Origin: Eledone cirrhosa
Taxonomy: Eukaryota
Reading direction: 5' to 3'
Assembly (NCBI GenBank): GCA_964016885.1
Contig: OZ024743.1
Location: 251,720,001 to 251,784,000, forward strand
Length of the DNA stretch: 64,000 bases
Shown: positions 1 through 15,000 of the stretch, one piece after another
Position numbering within the stretch: the first letter of the stretch is position 1
Layout: each line of letters opens with the position of its first letter
Position numbers and translations under genes: made by a program
The notes under the pieces: model-generated
Told to the model about the DNA's origin: nothing
Seen by the model: the letters and a program-made list of their open reading frames with translations, nothing else
Databases searched by the model: none

Positions 1-3000
1 ACCCTCCTTGCTACCCCACGAGGGGCTGCGGTCAGCCACAATATCTCTCCCCCTTCGCCCCCCCCCTCTCTTTCTTCCCCTCTATCTCTCTCTTAGCTAC
101 ACACACACACACACACATATATATATAAGATAAGTTCTCCTTCATGTTTATTTCACTTTCGCCAATCCACCACTGCTTCAATTATCTCTATGATGTACTC
201 ATGTAAACCGTAAAGTACAAATTATTCTCTCCTTTCCACGCTCAATTTCGTACATAGTCCAAACAAACATCCAATCTCGCAAAATCCGAAATCTGTATTT
301 TTTGTTATCTATTTAAGGTTTAAATACGGTGTTTTTGTCGTATTGAACAGAACAAATCTTGCAGTTTTGCTTTTTGTTAAATCGCTTGTTAAACATTCAT
401 AACCTTCTATCTTAATTCTATCGTATTCGTCCAATTCCTTAATTCTATCGTATTCTCAAACAAAAAACAAAATCCTTTCCCATTCTACTTATAAATTACT
501 TTAAATATATATAGTATGCTACTTGAAAGTCAAAAATCCGCTCCACCCCTTCACCCTCCTTGCTACCCCACGAGGGGCTGCGGTCAGCCACAATATCTCT
601 CCCCCTTCGCCCCCCCCCTCTCTTTCTTCCCCTCTATCTCTCTCTTAGCTACACACACACACACACACATATATATATAAGATAAGTTCTCCTTCATGTT
701 TATTTCACTTTCGCCAATCCACCACTGCTTCAATTATCTCTATGATGTACTCATGTAAACCGTAAAGTACAAATTATTCTCTCCTTTCCACGCTCAATTT
801 CGTACATAGTCCAAACAAACATCCAATCTCGCAAAATCCGAAATCTGTATTTTTTGTTATCTATTTAAGGTTTAAATACGGTGTTTTTGTCGTATTGAAC
901 AGAACAAATCTTGCAGTTTTGCTTTTTGTTAAATCGCTTGTTAAACATTCATAACCTTCTATCTTAATTCTATCGTATTCGTCCAATTCCTTAATTCTAT
1001 CGTATTCTCAAACAAAAAACAAAATCCTTTCCCATTCTACTTATAAATTACTTTAAATATATATAGTATGCTACTTGAAAGTCAAAAATCCGCTCCACCC
1101 CTTCACCCTCCTTGCTACCCCACGAGGGGCTGCGGTCAGCCACAATATCTCTCCCCCTTCGCCCCCCCCTCTCTTTCTTCCCCTCTATCTCTCTCTTAGC
1201 TACACACACACACACACACATATATATATAAGATAAGTTCTCCTTCATGTTTATTTCACTTTCGCCAATCCACCACTGCTTCAATTATCTCTATGATGTA
1301 CTCATGTAAACCGTAAAGTACAAATTATTCTCTCCTTTCCACGCTCAATTTCGTACATAGTCCAAACAAACATCCAATCTCGCAAAATCCGAAATCTGTA
1401 TTTTTTGTTATCTATTTAAGGTTTAAATACGGTGTTTTTGTCGTATTGAACAGAACAAATCTTGCAGTTTTGCTTTTTGTTAAATCGCTTGTTAAACATT
1501 CATAACCTTCTATCTTAATTCTATCGTATTCGTCCAATTCCTTAATTCTATCGTATTCTCAAACAAAAAACAAAATCCTTTCCCATTCTACTTATAAATT
1601 ACTTTAAATATATATAGTATGCTACTTGAAAGTCAAAAATCCGCTCCACCCCTTCACCCTCCTTGCTACCCCACGAGGGGCTGCGGTCAGCCACAATATC
1701 TCTCCCCCTTCGCCCCCCCCCCTCTCTTTCTTCCCCTCTATCTCTCTCTTAGCTACACACACACACACACACATATATATATAAGATAAGTTCTCCTTCA
1801 TGTTTATTTCACTTTCGCCAATCCACCACTGCTTCAATTATCTCTATGATGTACTCATGTAAACCGTAAAGTACAAATTATTCTCTCCTTTCCACGCTCA
1901 ATTTCGTACATAGTCCAAACAAACATCCAATCTCGCAAAATCCGAAATCTGTATTTTTTGTTATCTATTTAAGGTTTAAATACGGTGTTTTTGTCGTATT
2001 GAATAGAACAAATCTTGCAGTTTTGCTTTTTGTTAAATCGCTTGTTAAACATTCATAACCTTCTATCTTAATTCTATCGTATTCGTCCAATTCCTTAATT
2101 CTATCGTATTCTCAAACAAAAAACAAAATCCTTTCCCATTCTACTTATAAATTACTTTAAATATATATAGTATGCTACTTGAAAGTCAAAAATCCGCTCC
2201 ACCCCTTCACCCTCCTTGCTACCCCACGAGGGGCTGCGGTCAGCCACAATATCTCTCCCCCTTCGCCCCCCCCTCTCTTTCTTCCCCTCTATCTCTCTCT
2301 TAGCTACACACACACACACACACATATATATATAAGATAAGTTCTCCTTCATGTTTATTTCACTTTCGCCAATCCACCACTGCTTCAATTATCTCTATGA
2401 TGTACTCATGTAAACCGTAAAGTACAAATTATTCTCTCCTTTCCACGCTCAATTTCGTACATAGTCCAAACAAACATCCAATCTCGCAAAATCCGAAATC
2501 TGTATTTTTTGTTATCTATTTAAGGTTTAAATACGGTGTTTTTGTCGTATTGAACAGAACAAATCTTGCAGTTTTGCTTTTTGTTAAATCGCTTGTTAAA
2601 CATTCATAACCTTCTATCTTAATTCTATCGTATTCGTCCAATTCCTTAATTCTATCGTATTCTCAAACAAAAAACAAAATCCTTTCCCATTCTACTTATA
2701 AATTACTTTAAATATATATAGTATGCTACTTGAAAGTCAAAAATCCGCTCCACCCCTTCACCCTCCTTGCTACCCCACGAGGGGCTGCGGTCAGCCACAA
2801 TATCTCTCCCCCTTCGCCCCCCCCTCTCTTTCTTCCCCTCTATCTCTCTCTTAGCTACACACACACACACACACATATATATATAAGATAAGTTCTCCTT
2901 CATGTTTATTTCACTTTCGCCAATCCACCACTGCTTCAATTATCTCTATGATGTACTCATGTAAACCGTAAAGTACAAATTATTCTCTCCTTTCCACGCT

Positions 3001-6000
3001 CAATTTCGTACATAGTCCAAACAAACATCCAATCTCGCAAAATCCGAAATCTGTATTTTTTGTTATCTATTTAAGGTTTAAATACGGTGTTTTTGTCGTA
3101 TTGAATAGAACAAATCTTGCAGTTTTGCTTTTTGTTAAATCGCTTGTTAAACATTCATAACCTTCTATCTTAATTCTATCGTATTCGTCCAATTCCTTAA
3201 TTCTATCGTATTCTCAAACAAAAAACAAAATCCTTTCCCATTCTACTTATAAATTACTTTAAATATATATAGTATGCTACTTGAAAGTCAAAAATCCGCT
3301 CCACCCCTTCACCCTCCTTGCTACCCCACGAGGGGCTGCGGTCAGCCACAATATCTCTCCCCCTTCGCCCCCCCCTCTCTTTCTTCCCCTCTATCTCTCT
3401 CTTAGCTACACACACACACACACACATATATATATAAGATAAGTTCTCCTTCATGTTTATTTCACTTTCGCCAATCCACCACTGCTTCAATTATCTCTAT
3501 GATGTACTCATGTAAACCGTAAAGTACAAATTATTCTCTCCTTTCCACGCTCAATTTCGTACATAGTCCAAACAAACATCCAATCTCGCAAAATCCGAAA
3601 TCTGTATTTTTTGTTATCTATTTAAGGTTTAAATACGGTGTTTTTGTCGTATTGAACAGAACAAATCTTGCAGTTTTGCTTTTTGTTAAATCGCTTGTTA
3701 AACATTCATAACCTTCTATCTTAATTCTATCGTATTCGTCCAATTCCTTAATTCTATCGTATTCTCAAACAAAAAACAAAATCCTTTCCCATTCTACTTA
3801 TAAATTACTTTAAATATATATAGTATGCTACTTGAAAGTCAAAAATCCGCTCCACCCCTTCACCCTCCTTGCTACCCCACGAGGGGCTGCGGTCAGCCAC
3901 AATATCTCTCCCCCTTCGCCCCCCCCTCTCTTTCTTCCCCTCTATCTCTCTCTTAGCTACACACACACACACACACATATATATATAAGATAAGTTCTCC
4001 TTCATGTTTATTTCACTTTCGCCAATCCACCACTGCTTCAATTATCTCTATGATGTACTCATGTAAACCGTAAAGTACAAATTATTCTCTCCTTTCCACG
4101 CTCAATTTCGTACATAGTCCAAACAAACATCCAATCTCGCAAAATCCGAAATCTGTATTTTTTGTTATCTATTTAAGGTTTAAATACGGTGTTTTTGTCG
4201 TATTGAATAGAACAAATCTTGCAGTTTTGCTTTTTGTTAAATCGCTTGTTAAACATTCATAACCTTCTATCTTAATTCTATCGTATTCGTCCAATTCCTT
4301 AATTCTATCGTATTCTCAAACAAAAAACAAAATCCTTTCCCATTCTACTTATAAATTACTTTAAATATATATAGTATGCTACTTGAAAGTCAAAAATCCG
4401 CTCCACCCCTTCACCCTCCTTGCTACCCCACGAGGGGCTGCGGTCAGCCACAATATCTCTCCCCCTTCGCCCCCCCCTCTCTTTCTTCCCCTCTATCTCT
4501 CTCTTAGCTACACACACACACACACACATATATATATAAGATAAGTTCTCCTTCATGTTTATTTCACTTTCGCCAATCCACCACTGCTTCAATTATCTCT
4601 ATGATGTACTCATGTAAACCGTAAAGTACAAATTATTCTCTCCTTTCCACGCTCAATTTCGTACATAGTCCAAACAAACATCCAATCTCGCAAAATCCGA
4701 AATCTGTATTTTTTGTTATCTATTTAAGGTTTAAATACGGTGTTTTTGTCGTATTGAACAGAACAAATCTTGCAGTTTTGCTTTTTGTTAAATCGCTTGT
4801 TAAACATTCATAACCTTCTATCTTAATTCTATCGTATTCGTCCAATTCCTTAATTCTATCGTATTCTCAAACAAAAAACAAAATCCTTTCCCATTCTACT
4901 TATAAATTACTTTAAATATATATAGTATGCTACTTGAAAGTCAAAAATCCGCTCCACCCCTTCACCCTCCTTGCTACCCCACGAGGGGCTGCGGTCAGCC
5001 ACAATATCTCTCCCCCTTCGCCCCCCCCTCTCTTTCTTCCCCTCTATCTCTCTCTTAGCTACACACACACACACACACATATATATATAAGATAAGTTCT
5101 CCTTCATGTTTATTTCACTTTCGCCAATCCACCACTGCTTCAATTATCTCTATGATGTACTCATGTAAACCGTAAAGTACAAATTATTCTCTCCTTTCCA
5201 CGCTCAATTTCGTACATAGTCCAAACAAACATCCAATCTCGCAAAATCCGAAATCTGTATTTTTTGTTATCTATTTAAGGTTTAAATACGGTGTTTTTGT
5301 CGTATTGAACAGAACAAATCTTGCAGTTTTGCTTTTTGTTAAATCGCTTGTTAAACATTCATAACCTTCTATCTTAATTCTATCGTATTCGTCCAATTCC
5401 TTAATTCTATCGTATTCTCAAACAAAAAACAAAATCCTTTCCCATTCTACTTATAAATTACTTTAAATATATATAGTATGCTACTTGAAAGTCAAAAATC
5501 CGCTCCACCCCTTCACCCTCCTTGCTACCCCACGAGGGGCTGCGGTCAGCCACAATATCTCTCCCCCTTCGCCCCCCCCTCTCTTTCTTCCCCTCTATCT
5601 CTCTCTTAGCTACACACACACACACACACATATATATATAAGATAAGTTCTCCTTCATGTTTATTTCACTTTCGCCAATCCACCACTGCTTCAATTATCT
5701 CTATGATGTACTCATGTAAACCGTAAAGTACAAATTATTCTCTCCTTTCCACGCTCAATTTCGTACATAGTCCAAACAAACATCCAATCTCGCAAAATCC
5801 GAAATCTGTATTTTTTGTTATCTATTTAAGGTTTAAATACGGTGTTTTTGTCGTATTGAATAGAACAAATCTTGCAGTTTTGCTTTTTGTTAAATCGCTT
5901 GTTAAACATTCATAACCTTCTATCTTAATTCTATCGTATTCGTCCAATTCCTTAATTCTATCGTATTCTCAAACAAAAAACAAAATCCTTTCCCATTCTA

Positions 6001-9000
6001 CTTATAAATTACTTTAAATATATATAGTATGCTACTTGAAAGTCAAAAATCCGCTCCACCCCTTCACCCTCCTTGCTACCCCACGAGGGGCTGCGGTCAG
6101 CCACAATATCTCTCCCCCTTCGCCCCCCCCTCTCTTTCTTCCCCTCTATCTCTCTCTTAGCTACACACACACACACACACATATATATATAAGATAAGTT
6201 CTCCTTCATGTTTATTTCACTTTCGCCAATCCACCACTGCTTCAATTATCTCTATGATGTACTCATGTAAACCGTAAAGTACAAATTATTCTCTCCTTTC
6301 CACGCTCAATTTCGTACATAGTCCAAACAAACATCCAATCTCGCAAAATCCGAAATCTGTATTTTTTGTTATCTATTTAAGGTTTAAATACGGTGTTTTT
6401 GTCGTATTGAACAGAACAAATCTTGCAGTTTTGCTTTTTGTTAAATCGCTTGTTAAACATTCATAACCTTCTATCTTAATTCTATCGTATTCGTCCAATT
6501 CCTTAATTCTATCGTATTCTCAAACAAAAAACAAAATCCTTTCCCATTCTACTTATAAATTACTTTAAATATATATAGTATGCTACTTGAAAGTCAAAAA
6601 TCCGCTCCACCCCTTCACCCTCCTTGCTACCCCACGAGGGGCTGCGGTCAGCCACAATATCTCTCCCCCTTCGCCCCCCCCCCTCTCTTTCTTCCCCTCT
6701 ATCTCTCTCTTAGCTACACACACACACACACACATATATATATAAGATAAGTTCTCCTTCATGTTTATTTCACTTTCGCCAATCCACCACTGCTTCAATT
6801 ATCTCTATGATGTACTAATGTAAACCGTAAAGTACAAATTATTCTCTCCTTTCCACGCTCAATTTCGTACATAGTCCAAACAAACATCCAATCTCGCAAA
6901 ATCCGAAATCTGTATTTTTTGTTATCTATTTAAGGTTTAAATACGGTGTTTTTGTCGTATTGAATAGAACAAATCTTGCAGTTTTGCTTTTTGTTAAATC
7001 GCTTGTTAAACATTCATAACCTTCTATCTTAATTCTATCGTATTCGTCCAATTCCTTAATTCTATCGTATTCTCAAACAAAAAACAAAATCCTTTCCCAT
7101 TCTACTTATAAATTACTTTAAATATATATAGTATGCTACTTGAAAGTCAAAAATCCGCTCCACCCCTTCACCCTCCTTGCTACCCCACGAGGGGCTGCGG
7201 TCAGCCACAATATCTCTCCCCCTTCGCCCCCCCCTCTCTTTCTTCCCCTCTATCTCTCTCTTAGCTACACACACACACACACACATATATATATAAGATA
7301 AGTTCTCCTTCATGTTTATTTCACTTTCGCCAATCCACCACTGCTTCAATTATCTCTATGATGTACTCATGTAAACCGTAAAGTACAAATTATTCTCTCC
7401 TTTCCACGCTCAATTTCGTACATAGTCCAAACAAACATCCAATCTCGCAAAATCCGAAATCTGTATTTTTTGTTATCTATTTAAGGTTTAAATACGGTGT
7501 TTTTGTCGTATTGAACAGAACAAATCTTGCAGTTTTGCTTTTTGTTAAATCGCTTGTTAAACATTCATAACCTTCTATCTTAATTCTATCGTATTCGTCC
7601 AATTCCTTAATTCTATCGTATTCTCAAACAAAAAACAAAATCCTTTCCCATTCTACTTATAAATTACTTTAAATATATATAGTATGCTACTTGAAAGTCA
7701 AAAATCCGCTCCACCCCTTCACCCTCCTTGCTACCCCACGAGGGGCTGCGGTCAGCCACAATATCTCTCCCCCTTCGCCCCCCCCTCTCTTTCTTCCCCT
7801 CTATCTCTCTCTTAGCTACACACACACACACACACATATATATATAAGATAAGTTCTCCTTCATGTTTATTTCACTTTCGCCAATCCACCACTGCTTCAA
7901 TTATCTCTATGATGTACTCATGTAAACCGTAAAGTACAAATTATTCTCTCCTTTCCACGCTCAATTTCGTACATAGTCCAAACAAACATCCAATCTCGCA
8001 AAATCCGAAATCTGTATTTTTTGTTATCTATTTAAGGTTTAAATACGGTGTTTTTGTCGTATTGAATAGAACAAATCTTGCAGTTTTGCTTTTTGTTAAA
8101 TCGCTTGTTAAACATTCATAACCTTCTATCTTAATTCTATCGTATTCGTCCAATTCCTTAATTCTATCGTATTCTCAAACAAAAAACAAAATCCTTTCCC
8201 ATTCTACTTATAAATTACTTTAAATATATATAGTATGCTACTTGAAAGTCAAAAATCCGCTCCACCCCTTCACCCTCCTTGCTACCCCACGAGGGGCTGC
8301 GGTCAGCCACAATATCTCTCCCCCTTCGCCCCCCCCCTCTCTTTCTTCCCCTCTATCTCTCTCTTAGCTACACACACACACACACACATATATATATAAG
8401 ATAAGTTCTCCTTCATGTTTATTTCACTTTCGCCAATCCACCACTGCTTCAATTATCTCTATGATGTACTCATGTAAACCGTAAAGTACAAATTATTCTC
8501 TCCTTTCCACGCTCAATTTCGTACATAGTCCAAACAAACATCCAATCTCGCAAAATCCGAAATCTGTATTTTTTGTTATCTATTTAAGGTTTAAATACGG
8601 TGTTTTTGTCGTATTGAACAGAACAAATCTTGCAGTTTTGCTTTTTGTTAAATCGCTTGTTAAACATTCATAACCTTCTATCTTAATTCTATCGTATTCG
8701 TCCAATTCCTTAATTCTATCGTATTCTCAAACAAAAAACAAAATCCTTTCCCATTCTACTTATAAATTACTTTAAATATATATAGTATGCTACTTGAAAG
8801 TCAAAAATCCGCTCCACCCCTTCACCCTCCTTGCTACCCCACGAGGGGCTGCGGTCAGCCACAATATCTCTCCCCCTTCGCCCCCCCCCTCTCTTTCTTC
8901 CCCTCTATCTCTCTCTTAGCTACACACACACACACACACATATATATATAAGATAAGTTCTCCTTCATGTTTATTTCACTTTCGCCAATCCACCACTGCT

Positions 9001-12000
9001 TCAATTATCTCTATGATGTACTCATGTAAACCGTAAAGTACAAATTATTCTCTCCTTTCCACGCTCAATTTCGTACATAGTCCAAACAAACATCCAATCT
9101 CGCAAAATCCGAAATCTGTATTTTTTGTTATCTATTTAAGGTTTAAATACGGTGTTTTTGTCGTATTGAATAGAACAAATCTTGCAGTTTTGCTTTTTGT
9201 TAAATCGCTTGTTAAACATTCATAACCTTCTATCTTAATTCTATCGTATTCGTCCAATTCCTTAATTCTATCGTATTCTCAAACAAAAAACAAAATCCTT
9301 TCCCATTCTACTTATAAATTACTTTAAATATATATAGTATGCTACTTGAAAGTCAAAAATCCGCTCCACCCCTTCACCCTCCTTGCTACCCCACGAGGGG
9401 CTGCGGTCAGCCACAATATCTCTCCCCCTTCGCCCCCCCCTCTCTTTCTTCCCCTCTATCTCTCTCTTAGCTACACACACACACACACACATATATATAT
9501 AAGATAAGTTCTCCTTCATGTTTATTTCACTTTCGCCAATCCACCACTGCTTCAATTATCTCTATGATGTACTCATGTAAACCGTAAAGTACAAATTATT
9601 CTCTCCTTTCCACGCTCAATTTCGTACATAGTCCAAACAAACATCCAATCTCGCAAAATCCGAAATCTGTATTTTTTGTTATCTATTTAAGGTTTAAATA
9701 CGGTGTTTTTGTCGTATTGAACAGAACAAATCTTGCAGTTTTGCTTTTTGTTAAATCGCTTGTTAAACATTCATAACCTTCTATCTTAATTCTATCGTAT
9801 TCGTCCAATTCCTTAATTCTATCGTATTCTCAAACAAAAAACAAAATCCTTTCCCATTCTACTTATAAATTACTTTAAATATATATAGTATGCTACTTGA
9901 AAGTCAAAAATCCGCTCCACCCCTTCACCCTCCTTGCTACCCCACGAGGGGCTGCGGTCAGCCACAATATCTCTCCCCCTTCGCCCCCCCCTCTCTTTCT
10001 TCCCCTCTATCTCTCTCTTAGCTACACACACACACACACACATATATATATAAGATAAGTTCTCCTTCATGTTTATTTCACTTTCGCCAATCCACCACTG
10101 CTTCAATTATCTCTATGATGTACTCATGTAAACCGTAAAGTACAAATTATTCTCTCCTTTCCACGCTCAATTTCGTACATAGTCCAAACAAACATCCAAT
10201 CTCGCAAAATCCGAAATCTGTATTTTTTGTTATCTATTTAAGGTTTAAATACGGTGTTTTTGTCGTATTGAATAGAACAAATCTTGCAGTTTTGCTTTTT
10301 GTTAAATCGCTTGTTAAACATTCATAACCTTCTATCTTAATTCTATCGTATTCGTCCAATTCCTTAATTCTATCGTATTCTCAAACAAAAAACAAAATCC
10401 TTTCCCATTCTACTTATAAATTACTTTAAATATATATAGTATGCTACTTGAAAGTCAAAAATCCGCTCCACCCCTTCACCCTCCTTGCTACCCCACGAGG
10501 GGCTGCGGTCAGCCACAATATCTCTCCCCCTTCGCCCCCCCCCTCTCTTTCTTCCCCTCTATCTCTCTCTTAGCTACACACACACACACACACATATATA
10601 TATAAGATAAGTTCTCCTTCATGTTTATTTCACTTTCGCCAATCCACCACTGCTTAAATTATCTCTATGATGTACTCATGTAAACCGTAAAGTACAAATT
10701 ATTCTCTCCTTTCCACGCTCAATTTCGTACATAGTCCAAACAAACATCCAATCTCGCAAAATCCGAAATCTGTATTTTTTGTTATCTATTTAAGGTTTAA
10801 ATACGGTGTTTTTGTCGTATTGAACAGAACAAATCTTGCAGTTTTGCTTTTTGTTAAATCGCTTGTTAAACATTCATAACCTTCTATCTTAATTCTATCG
10901 TATTCGTCCAATTCCTTAATTCTATCGTATTCTCAAACAAAAAACAAAATCCTTTCCCATTCTACTTATAAATTACTTTAAATATATATAGTATGCTACT
11001 TGAAAGTCAAAAATCCGCTCCACCCCTTCACCCTCCTTGCTACCCCACGAGGGGCTGCGGTCAGCCACAATATCTCTCCCCCTTCGCCCCCCCCTCTCTT
11101 TCTTCCCCTCTATCTCTCTCTTAGCTACACACACACACACACACATATATATATAAGATAAGTTCTCCTTCATGTTTATTTCACTTTCGCCAATCCACCA
11201 CTGCTTCAATTATCTCTATGATGTACTCATGTAAACCGTAAAGTACAAATTATTCTCTCCTTTCCACGCTCAATTTCGTACATAGTCCAAACAAACATCC
11301 AATCTCGCAAAATCCGAAATCTGTATTTTTTGTTATCTATTTAAGGTTTAAATACGGTGTTTTTGTCGTATTGAACAGAACAAATCTTGCAGTTTTGCTT
11401 TTTGTTAAATCGCTTGTTAAACATTCATAACCTTCTATCTTAATTCTATCGTATTCGTCCAATTCCTTAATTCTATCGTATTCTCAAACAAAAAACAAAA
11501 TCCTTTCCCATTCTACTTATAAATTACTTTAAATATATATAGTATGCTACTTGAAAGTCAAAAATCCGCTCCACCCCTTCACCCTCCTTGCTACCCCACG
11601 AGGGGCTGCGGTCAGCCACAATATCTCTCCCCCTTCGCCCCCCCCTCTCTTTCTTCCCCTCTATCTCTCTCTTAGCTACACACACACACACACACATATA
11701 TATATAAGATAAGTTCTCCTTCATGTTTATTTCACTTTCGCCAATCCACCACTGCTTCAATTATCTCTATGATGTACTCATGTAAACCGTAAAGTACAAA
11801 TTATTCTCTCCTTTCCACGCTCAATTTCGTACATAGTCCAAACAAACATCCAATCTCGCAAAATCCGAAATCTGTATTTTTTGTTATCTATTTAAGGTTT
11901 AAATACGGTGTTTTTGTCGTATTGAATAGAACAAATCTTGCAGTTTTGCTTTTTGTTAAATCGCTTGTTAAACATTCATAACCTTCTATCTTAATTCTAT

Positions 12001-15000
12001 CGTATTCGTCCAATTCCTTAATTCTATCGTATTCTCAAACAAAAAACAAAATCCTTTCCCATTCTACTTATAAATTACTTTAAATATATATAGTATGCTA
12101 CTTGAAAGTCAAAAATCCGCTCCACCCCTTCACCCTCCTTGCTACCCCACGAGGGGCTGCGGTCAGCCACAATATCTCTCCCCCTTCGCCCCCCCCTCTC
12201 TTTCTTCCCCTCTATCTCTCTCTTAGCTACACACACACACACACACATATATATATAAGATAAGTTCTCCTTCATGTTTATTTCACTTTCGCCAATCCAC
12301 CACTGCTTCAATTATCTCTATGATGTACTCATGTAAACCGTAAAGTACAAATTATTCTCTCCTTTCCACGCTCAATTTCGTACATAGTCCAAACAAACAT
12401 CCAATCTCGCAAAATCCGAAATCTGTATTTTTTGTTATCTATTTAAGGTTTAAATACGGTGTTTTTGTCGTATTGAATAGAACAAATCTTGCAGTTTTGC
12501 TTTTTGTTAAATCGCTTGTTAAACATTCATAACCTTCTATCTTAATTCTATCGTATTCGTCCAATTCCTTAATTCTATCGTATTCTCAAACAAAAAACAA
12601 AATCCTTTCCCATTCTACTTATAAATTACTTTAAATATATATAGTATGCTACTTGAAAGTCAAAAATCCGCTCCACCCCTTCACCCTCCTTGCTACCCCA
12701 CGAGGGGCTGCGGTCAGCCACAATATCTCTCCCCCTTCGCCCCCCCCTCTCTTTCTTCCCCTCTATCTCTCTCTTAGCTACACACACACACACACACATA
12801 TATATATAAGATAAGTTCTCCTTCATGTTTATTTCACTTTCGCCAATCCACCACTGCTTCAATTATCTCTATGATGTACTCATGTAAACCGTAAAGTACA
12901 AATTATTCTCTCCTTTCCACGCTCAATTTCGTACATAGTCCAAACAAACATCCAATCTCGCAAAATCCGAAATCTGTATTTTTTGTTATCTATTTAAGGT
13001 TTAAATACGGTGTTTTTGTCGTATTGAACAGAACAAATCTTGCAGTTTTGCTTTTTGTTAAATCGCTTGTTAAACATTCATAACCTTCTATCTTAATTCT
13101 ATCGTATTCGTCCAATTCCTTAATTCTATCGTATTCTCAAACAAAAAACAAAATCCTTTCCCATTCTACTTATAAATTACTTTAAATATATATAGTATGC
13201 TACTTGAAAGTCAAAAATCCGCTCCACCCCTTCACCCTCCTTGCTACCCCACGAGGGGCTGCGGTCAGCCACAATATCTCTCCCCCTTCGCCCCCCCCTC
13301 TCTTTCTTCCCCTCTATCTCTCTCTTAGCTACACACACACACACACACATATATATATAAGATAAGTTCTCCTTCATGTTTATTTCACTTTCGCCAATCC
13401 ACCACTGCTTCAATTATCTCTATGATGTACTCATGTAAACCGTAAAGTACAAATTATTCTCTCCTTTCCACGCTCAATTTCGTACATAGTCCAAACAAAC
13501 ATCCAATCTCGCAAAATCCGAAATCTGTATTTTTTGTTATCTATTTAAGGTTTAAATACGGTGTTTTTGTCGTATTGAACAGAACAAATCTTGCAGTTTT
13601 GCTTTTTGTTAAATCGCTTGTTAAACATTCATAACCTTCTATCTTAATTCTATCGTATTCGTCCAATTCCTTAATTCTATCGTATTCTCAAACAAAAAAC
13701 AAAATCCTTTCCCATTCTACTTATAAATTACTTTAAATATATATAGTATGCTACTTGAAAGTCAAAAATCCGCTCCACCCCTTCACCCTCCTTGCTACCC
13801 CACGAGGGGCTGCGGTCAGCCACAATATCTCTCCCCCTTCGCCCCCCCCTCTCTTTCTTCCCCTCTATCTCTCTCTTAGCTACACACACACACACACACA
13901 TATATATATAAGATAAGTTCTCCTTCATGTTTATTTCACTTTCGCCAATCCACCACTGCTTCAATTATCTCTATGATGTACTCATGTAAACCGTAAAGTA
14001 CAAATTATTCTCTCCTTTCCACGCTCAATTTCGTACATAGTCCAAACAAACATCCAATCTCGCAAAATCCGAAATCTGTATTTTTTGTTATCTATTTAAG
14101 GTTTAAATACGGTGTTTTTGTCGTATTGAATAGAACAAATCTTGCAGTTTTGCTTTTTGTTAAATCGCTTGTTAAACATTCATAACCTTCTATCTTAATT
14201 CTATCGTATTCGTCCAATTCCTTAATTCTATCGTATTCTCAAACAAAAAACAAAATCCTTTCCCATTCTACTTATAAATTACTTTAAATATATATAGTAT
14301 GCTACTTGAAAGTCAAAAATCCGCTCCACCCCTTCACCCTCCTTGCTACCCCACGAGGGGCTGCGGTCAGCCACAATATCTCTCCCCCTTCGCCCCCCCC
14401 CTCTCTTTCTTCCCCTCTATCTCTCTCTTAGCTACACACACACACACACACATATATATATAAGATAAGTTCTCCTTCATGTTTATTTCACTTTCGCCAA
14501 TCCACCACTGCTTCAATTATCTCTATGATGTACTCATGTAAACCGTAAAGTACAAATTATTCTCTCCTTTCCACGCTCAATTTCGTACATAGTCCAAACA
14601 AACATCCAATCTCGCAAAATCCGAAATCTGTATTTTTTGTTATCTATTTAAGGTTTAAATACGGTGTTTTTGTCGTATTGAACAGAACAAATCTTGCAGT
14701 TTTGCTTTTTGTTAAATCGCTTGTTAAACATTCATAACCTTCTATCTTAATTCTATCGTATTCGTCCAATTCCTTAATTCTATCGTATTCTCAAACAAAA
14801 AACAAAATCCTTTCCCATTCTACTTATAAATTACTTTAAATATATATAGTATGCTACTTGAAAGTCAAAAATCCGCTCCACCCCTTCACCCTCCTTGCTA
14901 CCCCACGAGGGGCTGCGGTCAGCCACAATATCTCTCCCCCTTCGCCCCCCCCCTCTCTTTCTTCCCCTCTATCTCTCTCTTAGCTACACACACACACACA

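Noticed and set aside
340-348. Pol III B-box-like GTTCAATAC on the minus strand of each monomer, hit by the C/T variant
   Set aside because: No A-box or tRNA-like stems occur at suitable spacing, so it is probably chance.
1-552. Hammerhead or HDV ribozyme, or CENP-B box, in the monomer
   Set aside because: There is no CTGANGA on either strand, no consistent HDV P1/P2/P3 pairing, and the TTCG sites lack the downstream CGGG.
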